A DNA stretch of 54,434 bases from Microthyrium microscopicum (taxonomy: Eukaryota): NCBI GenBank assembly GCA_010405405.1, contig MU004243.1, positions 62,001-116,434 of the forward strand, written 5' to 3'. Below are positions 37,301-48,706 of the stretch, one piece after another (within the stretch, counting starts at the first letter, position 1; each line of letters begins with the position of its first letter). The notes beneath the pieces are model-generated. The model ran no database searches. It was not told the origin of the DNA and saw only the letters and a program-made list of their open reading frames with translations. The translations under genes and the position numbers were made by a program.

Positions 37301-37790
37301 TAGTATATTCTTACTATCTATTTTCCTATTAGTAAGTTCTTTACTTTAGTCTTAATACTAAGGTTATATAAGTCTATTCTTAGATACTAGTACTTTACTA
37401 CTATTAATAAATTACTTATTAGCATATAGTATAGATATAAAGGCTAGTTATAATAAATATATTCTAATCTAGTATTGCTTAGTATAGGAAGGATATAAAA
37501 TCTATCTTTTACTTACTATTCTCTAGTACTTCTCTATCTTTCTTATTTAATACTTATCTTTACTAATATATTACTTTATTACTTAGGTTAGCGCTAGTTT
37601 ACTATTTCTATTTTATTATCTTTTTATTTAGGATAACTTATCCTTTAGTATCTATACTATTAATAAGTCTCTTCTTATAACGTTATGTTACTAGCTATAG
37701 TAATCTATTACAATCTAATAATAACTAGGATCTAAATAGGATTTTAGCCTTCCTAGTAGTCTACCTCTATATTATACCTATAAACTATAG

Positions 37791-38155
37791 GTTAAGCTAC
37801 CTTTTAGTATATATTCTCTTAATCTCTCTAATCTATTTAGGTTAAGCTACCCTTTAGCGTATATTCCCTTAATTTCTTTAGTTTATTTAGGTTAAGCTAC
37901 TCTCTAGCGTATATTCTCTTAATAATATTATTAAAAGAGTTAAGACTTTATACCTTATAGCTTACTAGATTAACTCTAATTTAGTTTTAAGACTTAGAGC
38001 TATAAGACTTTATTCCTTATAGAGTGCTATCTCTATATTATTTCTATAAATTATAAGTTAAGCTACTATTTAGCGTATATTCCCTTAATTTCTTTAGTTT
38101 ATTTAGGTTAAGCTACTATCTAGCGTATATTTCCTTTATCTCTTTAGTTTATTTA
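37791..38155. repeat. Internal array of ~50-bp repeats (5 copies, third truncated) inside the element
   Basis: Unit GTTAAGCTACyyTyTAGCGTATATTCyCTTAATyTCTyTAGTTTATTTAG starts at 37791, 37841, 37891, 38057 and 38107. Confidence 0.9.
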
Positions 38156-38824
38156 TTAAGACTCTACTAGTTTGCTTTTCTAAAAGAATATTATAAAAGG
38201 TTAGGCTCTACTAGCTTACTATTCTAAAAGGAATACTAAAAGAGCTAAGACTCTACTACTACTAGATTACTATTATCTAAAAGTAGTAATAAGATTCTTA
38301 GGATTCTCTCCTTACTAGCACGCGCTTCTACTATATTAAAAAATATTATTCTCTATATAGGACTCTAATTTCTATATCTTTATTCCTATATCTTCTATAT
38401 ATTACTAAAATATATAGGAGCAAAGGCCCTAGCTTACTAGCCTTATATTTAAAATAACAAAGAGTTTTACTAGGACTTTAATATAGTAATTAAAAGCTAC
38501 TATATAAATAGTAATATATAACAAAATCTTAACCTATACTTAAATAAAATTAGATAGTACTTAGGAAGTACTAGTTAGTAGTCCTTATTTATACTTACTA
38601 TACGTAGAGGTAGATAAGGACTACTTATTAGCATAGAATAGCTAGTAAGAATAGGAATAGAGAGACAAAGAATAGTAAAGTAAGGTTTAATAGTTAGTTT
38701 ATAAGATATAAAATAAACTAAATTACTATATAATATTAATATCCTATAATTATAATATAAATTACCTAGTAGTATCTATATCGCCCTAAACGTCCCCTTT
38801 ATAATACAATAACTAATTATTTTA

Positions 38825-39976
38825 TTAATAAAGCTTTATTATACTTTATATCTTATATTCCTAAAGAAACTTATAATACGTATATATATCTATTTCTTTA
38901 TAATATAAACTACTAGTAGCGTACTTAAACTATTTAACTATAAAGCAATTATAGCTACTAGCTATAACTACATACTCTAAGAAAGACGTAAAGTTCTTAA
39001 AATTCTACTATTTATATACCTAATTCCTTTTTATTTAGGCCTTAAGAATACTAAACGTTAACTCTATTAGATTAAAATTAAGAGAGTAGAGTAGTAGATA
39101 GCAAATAATAAAGCCTATACTCTTTAATAGCTATTCTATACCTAAATTAGTATAAACTAAGATATTATTAAGTACTATAATAAGTATATAATCTCTAAAC
39201 TAACGCTATAATATTAGTATTAGTTATATTTTAATCTAATTATAGAAGTCTTCTATATTATAATACTTTTCTTAAAACCTAATATAAGGAAGATACCTAT
39301 TAAGTATTATAGTAGCTAGGATTATATACGTCTTTTTATAGTTTATATTTTATATTTATTATAAGGGTTAATTTATAAGTACGTATATACGTAGTTTCTA
39401 GTCGTTTTACTCTTTAAAGATAGACTTATCTAGGAAGACTAAATCTTAAGCTTTAAACTATAATAAATCTTAATAGTATATAGTACAAAGCTCTTTACTC
39501 CTATTTAGTAATAATTATATAATAGCTTTTATATTCTACCCTCTTTTCTTAAGCATTCTAAATACTATAGACCTATTTACTAATATACTATATTCTTACT
39601 CTAGCTAGTAAACTATTTTAGCCTACAACTACTAACTATATAATAAAAGATATTATAATAAGGTATTCTTATCTATTAGTTTAAGTTATAAAGGCGTTCT
39701 ATATAGTAGTATCTATAGTTTCTATATAGACTTATATTCCCTTAAGTTATATTTCTAGTACTAAATTATTTACTTTAAATAGTATATCTTATTAGTAATT
39801 CTTATATTAGTCTAGTTATACTTAAGATATATAATAACATAGATATAGTAAGTTATATTAATATATATCCTACCTAGTTAATATACCTAAGTTTATATCT
39901 AGTACGTAGCTATAATATATAGATCTATAATAGCATTAGTCCTAATAGTTAAAATTAGGATAGAAGGAGTAGTTAT
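38825..39976 (-). pseudogene. RIP-mutated Tc1/mariner-IS630 (DDE_3-type, DD34E) transposase, ~380 codons
   Basis: One continuous frame whose stops are all TAA/TAG (revertible to CAA/CGA/CAG/TGG). As read: LVFLDKSIF (D at 39430-39428), IIVLNNILVY (39169-39167), YLLLYSLNFNLIELTFSILKA*IKR (E at 39064-39062). Reversing C>T/G>A gives LVFLDES / IVLDNxSVH / YLPPYSPDFNPIELTFSILKAWIKR, with 34 residues between the second D and the E. ORF ends are approximate. Confidence 0.88.
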
Positions 39977-40143
39977 TATAATAGATACTATATATAAAGG
40001 TAGATTAGACTAAGAATCTAAGGCAACGAAATAATAGTTTAGTATATCTACTTAGTAACTAGCAAGGAAAGCTATAGTTTTTAAGCTCTTAATAATATAA
40101 TATACTATAAGGAATATAGTACTTATACTTTCTACGTATATAA

Positions 40144-40262
40144 TATGGTAGATAGCAAGTAATAGTGAATTTACTATCTAGATCTCATTATAGTGTAGGT
40201 AGTTAGGGATATCTTTTTTAAAAGGCCCATGTACGAATAGAAAATAATTCTGCACCCAACAA
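40144..40262 (-). repeat. Right terminal inverted repeat (~120 bp)
   Basis: Reverse complement of 31232-31352. Confidence 0.92.
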
Positions 40263-41996
40263 ATTAGAAAGACCTTGGATGCCATTTTGGGGCTGTTGTT
40301 TTGTTGTGATTGGGTTGTTATTTGCTGACTAATAGTTCAAAAGATAAAGCAAACAGAACTTGTCTTGAAACCAGCTGAATTGTTACGATTTATAGGAACA
40401 CGAACGGTGGGACCGATTGATCTCCCCTTTTTTTGACAGTGTCGTCATGGACTGATAATTGCTTACTGGTAATGTTGATGGTTATTATTGCCTCCCAAGT
40501 CAAGCTCTAGCTGCAGAAGTGATTCGATGAATTCCTATCTCCTATATCCATATCTAACTCCATGTATTTATTCTATTGTGGGGTAGCCACAATTTGATTC
40601 GACTTAAACCCGGAAAGTGTTGTTTTGATTCTTAGAGTCCTCTCATTGGTGCAACTCTTTCCGAGCCCTCCTCCTCAACATCCACGAAATACTTCAAGTC
40701 TGGTTTGAAAACCTCTTTACTCTCCAAAATTCCTCCAAAATAATTCTCAAGGTGCGCATTGACACCTTCAGAGCGGAAACCTATTGCTAAATCTGGTTTT
40801 TGCAATGTTGAATCGATTGGAACTATTTTCATGTTCTGCTTCAAACTCTGCCCGATATTGACGTTTCTAGCGACATGTCAGAGACTTGATGGGCTGGGGC
40901 AAAAACGGTTCGTTGCGCCCGTCATGTTGTAAACATTGTTTTCCGATTTCTTTGGGTCGTTCCAAAGTCAACTTAGACCTTGCCAACAAGGGCTCAATAT
41001 TGATAATTTGGTGAGTGAAAGACGAAAACTTTTGGGTATCATGCATTCCGTTCGTTGAACAATGTTGACCTTAGAAAGCAACCTTATAAAAACCTTATCA
41101 TCAATACTAGTGATAGAACCGCTTGTATACCTTGGCTTGCGGGCCGAAATGGTCTGATCGGGCCCTTAATGAACAGTTTTATGGTTCGACTTCAAACCAT
41201 AACAACCCCTGAAAATCTGCGACAATAACAGCATGCAGTGCAGCAGTTGACATGTCGGCACTGCAGATGATACCGACTTACCGACTTCATCTCAACAATT
41301 GTATAAACATCTGGCCGTTCTTGCCCAGCCCAAGTACTTGTGACAAGTTCTCGTTTCCTCAGGGCATTTCTGATTTGTTGCTTACCACAACTCCAACAAG
41401 CAAACGTTTATAGATCTCTAAAGAGTTCAGGCGCCCTGATGCTCCTTGGGCTCAATCCACTACTGGCCCTGGCAACGGTTCTATGAGTCTATTCAGGAAC
41501 TCAGGGCGCGAGTTTCAACGCCCACTTCTTAGCCATACTGGCAGAACAAATCAACAATCGTGCCCAGATGTGTTCGAGCACTGACAGCGTTCCGACGGCC
41601 TCCATGTCTATGTGAATTCAAAGCTTTTGCTACCTGGGCGGTTTAAGAGCGAGGCTTGTCTGTTAAGCCCTGCCCAGGAATGCATCTGGCATAAAACTAG
41701 ATTCTCAAGGTAACCTCTATTTCGATCGACTAACAAGTCAAATCGCGATTGGGGCCTAGTTTGGGTGTAGGAGTGTTACAATACCCAAATCACTCAAATC
41801 ACGTTCATACTCTGATACACGAGGTACATTAGAGGCTCTGCTTAACAGTGCTTAAGTACATCATCGCCATCCCTAGTTCAAATCTTTCTTCATTCAGACA
41901 TTCAAATAGTACTCCACTCCGGAATCAGCATTCTCTTATCAATTATCAGGATTCAACAAACCCATCAACTCAACAACACCACTCCAAGTCTTCACC

Positions 41997-43051
41997 ATGC
42001 GTTCAACTATCTTCATCGCTTCTTCTCTCTCCAGTATCGTCGCTGCTCAGGCTGGCACAGGTGTCGGCGGCGGTGTAGGCAGCGGTGCAGCAGGCGCTGC
42101 CCCAGTTCCGGTACCAGCTCCACTCCCAGCGGTCCCAGCAGTTCCAGCTCCACTTCCAGCAGCAGGTCAAGTTGGTGTTACTGGCACATATCAAGACTGT
42201 ATCTCAACATGTCAGCCTATTCTTGCTGTGAGCGCACAGTGTGGTCTTCCGGTCCCAGCCGACGCCAATGTAGCTCTCAATCCAGCTAGCTACGCCAATG
42301 GAGCTGCTTGGGGTGCTGCCGGTGCCGGTTGGGGTGCTGCTGGTGCTGCTGGTGCTGCAGGATATGGTGGTGGCTTTGGCGGTGCTGGTTTTGGTGGCGC
42401 TGGATATGCTGGACCTGGTGCTGCAGCTGGTGGATTCAACCTTGCCTCATACGCACCAACTCAAGTCAACTGTGTTTGCGCGACCCAGTCTTTCGATCTT
42501 AAGGCTGCTGGTGGAGCATGTGAGACCTGTCTCGCTAGCCGTAATGCTGCCAATCCATGTAAGTGACGATCAAACACCACGTATACACTTACTTGGGGAT
42601 CAATACTGACTGAGACTTAGATCTCGACTCTCTAGCGACAACCTGCGGCTTTGCTATCGCACCAGCAGTTGCTGCCAACCCTGGCGCTGCAGTACCAGCA
42701 GCTCCGTTACCAGTTGCTCCCGTTCCAGGTGCCCCAGCTCCAGCAGTCCCTGCAGTACCAGCACCACTACCAGTTGTTCCCAACGCCGTCAACACCAACA
42801 ACGGTCAAGACAAAGGCACCGACCCCGTTGCTAAAGCCGGCCAAGACTGGGGAACAGGCTCGTGGGGCGGCTTCCCCGGTGCTCCAGCAGCATCACCAGC
42901 TCCAGCAGCTGCACCCGCTCCAGCAGCACCCGCACCACCATCTCTTGCGCAAAACGGTGCTCCACCGTTCAGTGCCGCCAGCAAGTCTGTCAGCGGCGCT
43001 TTGGGCCTAGTTTTTGCCGGTCTCGTTGCGTCTTTCGCTTTTCTCTACTAG
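41997..43051 (+). CDS. Secreted, probably GPI-anchored Ala/Pro/Gly-rich cell-surface protein with an 8-Cys domain (CAP22-like spacing, tentative)
   Basis: Signal peptide MRSTIFIASSLSSIVAA. Cys pattern CISTC-x9-C ... CVC ... CETC ... C. Intron 42559-42620. Exon 2 is PA-rich and ends in the hydrophobic tail SAASKSVSGALGLVFAGLVASFAFLY*. Confidence 0.85.
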
Positions 43052-44541
43052 ATGGTAGATCAGTCAGTTATCCTTGGTATATGGGCAGGATAGCGGGCCG
43101 GAGTCAGCATAACTTTCGGGAATTGCATGTGTCCTGTTGCTAATGTTTGATTTTATGGCATTGCTCGTTGTGAAACGATCTTGTCGGTTTTTATAATTTG
43201 CGATGCATTGTAACCTGGTAGCTAGAATCTGTTCAATTGAATTACGGATCTGTTGAAACTGGATTTCAATAAAGTCCTTTGATATCAAAACGTCCCTAGT
43301 CACTATTATTAGCACAAGTGAAAATTGCCGCTTACCGTCGCTCTAGTTCTTATTGTGAGATCAGACGAATCTGGCCTGCGCTTTCTAACAGAAGTTATAC
43401 CAATGCTGAAGTAAGTAAACAACGATAGTGACATGTACATGTAAACAGATCATGCATTTTAAAAGCTCAAGAACATGTTAAGGCTGCTCGGAGCATCCGA
43501 CATCTTCTAATGCGTTCATATCACTCATTAGTACCATGCAAAATGGCCGAAGATACCGATTTGAGAAGTTTTTAGGACTATGTCCTATTTCTCATAGAAA
43601 GGTTAGGTTCTGATGGAAATGATACCACGAACTTCGTAGATAATATCCTACGTGCTACTCATACTTGCCTAGTGATTTTGCGATGATCTATCTTGTTCTT
43701 TCGGCATTGAGCGTTTGGTTTTCTTCCCGATGAGGTCTTGCAAGAAACATGGAATGCCAAAAGCGGCAGCCGCCGGCTCACACTCATACTAAAATTGGGT
43801 ACGGAAGCGAAACCAAGAGTCGCCTTCATCAAAGCCTTGGAGCAATTAGATCCCGCAATGGAGGCTATCAACCCTTGGCTAAGCTCGATCATCTGTGTTA
43901 TTTCTGTCACGTTGTAAGCTCAGAATGGAACAGCGAACCATTAACCTGGTTATCAGCGGGCAGACTGGGCAGATATCAACCATAAAATTTCGACGATGAA
44001 GGCATTTCTAAAACCATAAGTTTGACAGGCAGTGGAGCAAATTTGGAAGGAATATCACTCCGCACAATCGATCGTGTGTCTTCATTTGGGGGAAGCCGTA
44101 GAAGCATTAAGCCACGCGAGGCTGTTGCTGTCACGGCGGCAGTCTCAGCCTTGCCATTTCTGACCAATCTCGTTCCCGTGTTTCGCAGTCGCCATGTTGC
44201 AAAGTTTCAACGACGCGAGAAGAGCCGCTACAAGATCTGAACTTGACTGGGTCAAAACATCGAAAACACTGCAAGCCAATTGTTTGGCCTGGCCAGGTTC
44301 ATCATTTATAGCAACTTGAACAAAAGACCATGCTGGGTCAATGGGTGGCAATGATACGACGACCCATACCTAATATTACTCGAAACTGCCCAGCAATATA
44401 TGAACAAGTATGAGAACAGTGAATATGCTTCGAGATTACAAAAGAAGTCGGCTTCCATTTCAAGCTGCAGACCCTCGTTTAGTATTCCTCGTATTACTTT
44501 CTACAACTTCATTTACATCGTTCATCTGTGATTGATTTACA

Positions 44542-45807
44542 ATGCTTTATACTATCTTACCATTAATTGCTTTCCTCAGCAGCCGTGTGGAGGCCCATGG
44601 AGTTGTCACCAAGATTATCGCTGGAACGAAAACATATGATGGATATCAGCCTGGCAAATTCCCATATATGCCTACGCCTCCTGCTGTCGCAGGATGGAGT
44701 ACGCCACAGCTCCAAGATCTGGGTCCGATAAATTCAGACAAGGTTGGCGACCCTGATATCATCTGTCACAGAAATGCCACGCCCGGTCAAGCGGTCGCCG
44801 AAGTAGCGGCTGGTGACAAAGTTTCGTAAGATATTATCAGGCGTTATGAAGTTGTTCCTTACTAACATACTTACACAGCCTTCAATGGCAGCCATGGCCA
44901 AACTCACACAAAGGGTGAGATATACACAACGATAGCACCATTTCCCTGGAAGTTGACATCAGTTTCCAACAGACCAATGCTCGACTATCTCGCTGATTGC
45001 GGCGATGACTGCACGAAAGTCGACAAGACGCAACTGAAATTCTTCAAGATCGACGGCGTAGGAATCACCAACACCAAAGGAGTACGTACTGTCCTTCAAT
45101 CCCCAGTTCCGCGGAAAGTTATCTGATGAGAAGCAGACACCACCAAACTTCGCAGATGATGATATGATCAAAGCGAACAACACGTGGACTGTCACTATTC
45201 CAGCATCCATTAAACCTGGCAACTATGTCCTTCGCCATGAGACAATTGCTCTACACCAAGCTCAAGCCGCAGGAGGTGCTCAGATGTATCCGTAAGCTAT
45301 TCCAGATCCCAGCTCTTCTACTTGATCCTGCACAATAGCTTTCATAAGGCACGTGGAGCCTTCTTGATGACGTCTCATGCCATATTTTCTGGTTCGCCTG
45401 GCCAAACCCTGCTCACAATATATTGCGTTGAATATAAAGATCTGCGGGAATCGCTTGAGCTAACATGGCATCTTCAGGCAATGTGTGAACCTCAAAATCA
45501 CTGGTACGGGAACCGAGAGCCCTACTGGCGTTCCCGGGGTGGAACTATATAAAGTCAATGACCCAGGGGTAAAATGATGCGAAATGATTCTCCCCGCACG
45601 CAAAGAAGCTAACAATCACAGCTTGTTTTCAACATTTACAAACAATTCAAAGCGAACAGCGACTACACAGTTCCAGGCCCGGCAATGTTCTCAGGCGCCG
45701 CGGCGGCCGACGGTTCCCCAGCTCCACCGGCCAAGAGAGCAGCGGATCCTGTATCTGAGGCCAGCCCGGATTTAGATCGAAGACATTCTCGTGCGTTCCC
45801 CATTTAA
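44542..45807 (+). CDS. Lytic polysaccharide monooxygenase, family AA9 (GH61)
   Basis: Signal peptide followed by His1 (VEA/HGVV). DIICHRNA, WPNSHKG/PMLDYLA, FFKID, PGNYVLRHETIALH, GAQMYP/QC, DPG/LVFNIY, YTVPGP. Five introns (44826-44878, 44915-44972, 45082-45136, 45292-45477, 45569-45621). No CBM1; tail ends RRHSRAFPI*. Confidence 0.93.
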
Positions 45808-46855
45808 TATAGTGCTGGTGTAGTCGCCGACGGCACGCGGACGGGATCTGCGGGACGAGGGAATGAGGCTAGAGCATTCCCTGTTCTCGAGGAGCGAAAT
45901 ATAATACCCTACAAATACAACAGCCAGGCCAAGTCATGTTAGCCAAGAAAGAACCGATACCACATTGTACATTAGCACTGTTTGAGTATGTAACCGGGAG
46001 GTAGTACCAGAATCAAAGCGTAGTCATCCTGTACACCAGTGTCTTTGATAGTTGCACCAGTAGCCGCGAATGTCCTCAGCGCTCGCATGGTCATTACTAC
46101 TTCTTGATAGGCAAAGCTACAATCACTGGACCGTAGAGTAGCGTAGCTATACTTTTTTGGTGTCTAAACTAAGTTTTCAAGTCAATGCTCTGGATCTAGT
46201 CCCCAAATATGTCGCGTGAAGGATTTCAAGGATTCGCCCTATATCCTCCTCCCAAATCGAAGCTAATCCTGGTCGACGATCCACGTCTAGCGAACGCACC
46301 CCAGGGCGATTCCAGGCCTAACCTGCAGGAACAATCTACTATCCTAACGCCATATCTGTTTTTGGCAGGAAGATAGAAGCAAACAACTCACCTTTGGGAC
46401 CCATGAGAGCATCATTCTCTACATTCTTACTACAACTTCGCGACTGATGCCAGGGCGTCCCCACGCTGTTACTGCCGGATAGTCCGAGAAGACGTGATGG
46501 GAGTAGTATCTCTCGCCAAAGATCGTGTTGGATGTATCACTACACTGCTACCCCAGATCATTTCCCGAGCCCTCAAACTACGAACCAGCTTCCCTTATGG
46601 GCAACTGGCCACCATGGGGGCCTTATCTTGTGCTGCCATCATATCAACTCACGAACCGTATGAGGGTCAGCATGATACTCCATGGCTGAGCCGTAGCTAC
46701 TGGTGAAGCCTGGATGTGTATAACTTGGGTGGATCCGCTCTTCACAATTCGAATATCATCATCATTCCAGCATCATTCAATCCTTTGTAACATTCTTCCC
46801 ATCAGCCAGCCATTCTCTTCTTTTCTTCACAGACTAGTTCATAGTACACTTCAAC

Positions 46856-48126
46856 ATGAGGTCTCAACTCTTCGCAGCAGCAGCTACTATCCCATTGGCC
46901 TTCGCCGCCCCAGTTCAAAACAACTTCCCAGGTGAAAACACGATTCCTGGAAAGTACCTTGTGGTTCTCAAGCCAGGAACTCCTGGAGCTACCCATGAAG
47001 CACTTTCAAGCGTCGCTGGAGGAATCTTGGAAAGTGTGACTAAGGATCATGTTTATGATCTTGGAAACTTCAAGGGATTCGCTGGTGCTCTATCTACTGC
47101 TCAAGTCAACACTCTCAAGGCCGATCCAAATGTCGCCTACATCGAGCCTGATGGCATTGCACACCACATGGCCACAGAAGGCAGCGAAAGTGGCGCACCA
47201 TGGGGTCTTGGAAGAATCAGCCACCGTACTAAGGGATCCTCAACTTACCTTTATGATGACACTGCCGGTGCTGGCACTTGCTCATACATCATTGATACTG
47301 GCATTCACACATCGCATCCCGAATTTGAGGGTCGCGCTACTTTTGTCAAGAATTTTGCTGGCACTGCTCTTGATGATGATAACGGTCATGGTACCCACGT
47401 CGCCGGAACTATTGGCTCCAAGACCTACGGTGTGGCCAAGAAGACCAAGCTCTATGCTATCAAAGTCCTTGATGCGGACGGTTCTGGATCCTGGAGCGAT
47501 GTTATTGCTGGAATTCAACTTTCAGTAACAGACTCCAAGACAAGAAGCTGCCCCAAGGGTAAATATATACAAACTGCACGCTAATCGAATGAAGCTAATA
47601 GAGATCAGGTATTGTTGTCAACATGTCCCTTGGTGGTGACAAGAGCCAATCTGTCAATGATGCCGTCGCATCAGCTGTCGATGCTGGTCTTTTCTACGCT
47701 GTTGCAGCAGGCAACGAGGCCGCTGATCTTTCTACCACTTCTCCAGCCTCTGAGCCAAAGGCTTTTGCCGTCGGTGCTACAGATAACACTGATGCCATGG
47801 CCTCTTTCAGTAACTATGGAACAACCCTTGGCGTCTTTGCGCCAGGCGTTGACATCCTTTCCACCTGGAACGATGGCAAGACTGTAAGTTACAAGTACAA
47901 GTTTCTGCTTTGAACTGTCACTAACAAGTGTTAGAACACCATCTCTGGAACTTCCATGGCCACTCCCCATATCACTGGCCTTGGTGCCTATTTGCTCGGA
48001 TTGTCAGGAAAGTTGAGCCCATCTGCTCTTGCCTCTAAGATCCAGTCGCTTTCCACCGCCAACTCTGTGGTCTCAATCACTGCTGGCACGCCAAACCGCC
48101 TTGCCTTCAACGGCATTTCTTCTTAA
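46856..48126 (+). CDS. Secreted subtilisin-like serine protease (S8A, proteinase K type) with I9 propeptide
   Basis: Signal peptide, propeptide, APWGLGRISH, catalytic IIDTG / GHGTHVAGT / SGTSMATPH, AAGN. Introns 47559-47608 and 47884-47934. Confidence 0.96.
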
Positions 48127-48706
48127 GATGTTTATGATACCTCCCTTGCTACATTTGTAGAGTAATATTTGCTGAGCGAATGAATTCTTTTGACTGCTTC
48201 TGATCTTGGCGCATTGATTCTGATGGTGACCGTCCCTTGCCACTGTAGAACGGTTACAATTTCCTGATAATATTTCATATGTAGATGCAGAGCCAAGTAA
48301 CGCTTGCATGAGAGACATGTGCGGCCATGAATACGAGTAGGAATGTAGTTGGATTGAAGTGATCTTTCAAACTGACATAGATCTCAAGTAATAAAACTCG
48401 ACAGATTCCTTCCATTAGCAGCACCAACATTCGCTCTTAAACGCTACCGAAATTGGCTTTCCATGGGAAGTCTCCAACTAATGATAAGCAAATATCCTGC
48501 CCACTGAGAGCCTTCCTCCATATTAAGTTAACCAGTTCGCGCCTTATACCATTACCGTGCTAGCACATATTGCCCTTATAACCAACTCTACCATCATCTA
48601 ATATCAGCCTCTAAGAACCCATAACGACACGTCTTGCCCATTATACTTAACTCCACACCATTATCATACACCCTTTTTCAGCAAAATACAAATAGAACCT
48701 GTTACC

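Larger units (their letters stand above)
31232..40262 (-). mobile_element. 9,031-bp RIP-inactivated TIR DNA transposon (contains Tc1/IS630-type DD34E transposase relic)
   Basis: Ends TTGTCGGGTGTAGAATTATTTTCTACTCGTGCATGGGCCTTTTAAAAAA... and ...TTTTTTAAAAGGCCCATGTACGAATAGAAAATAATTCTGCACCCAACAA are inverted repeats. AT occurs on both sides (31230-31231, 40263-40264). The interior is uniformly RIP-like. Confidence 0.93.
30307..40285 (-). pseudogene. Classical SDR oxidoreductase gene split by a 9-kb insertion in codon 8
   Basis: 40285-40265 reads MASKVFL; 31231 downwards continues ITGTSTGFGKDYV...VVATARK...LDVT...DVVCNNAGYG...MEVNFFG. Introns 30804-30749 and 30628-30582 give YCASKWAVEG...IEPGGFRTDWAG/RSM; stop at 30309-30307. 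Removing 31232-40264 restores a continuous frame. Confidence 0.92.

Noticed and set aside
37791..38155. CRISPR-like appearance of regularly spaced repeats
   Set aside because: The units are contiguous tandem copies without unique spacers, in a eukaryotic transposon with no cas genes.
40632..41250. Possible small minus-strand gene (70-aa ORF preceded by a CTGAC...TAG acceptor at ~40867)
   Set aside because: I could not build a convincing start and upstream exons or recognise a domain. RNA-seq would be needed.
42308..42502. Cys/Trp-rich 64-aa ORF (MGCCRCRLGCCWCC...)
   Set aside because: Alternative-frame shadow of the GGT/GCT-rich Gly/Ala coding region of the GPI protein.
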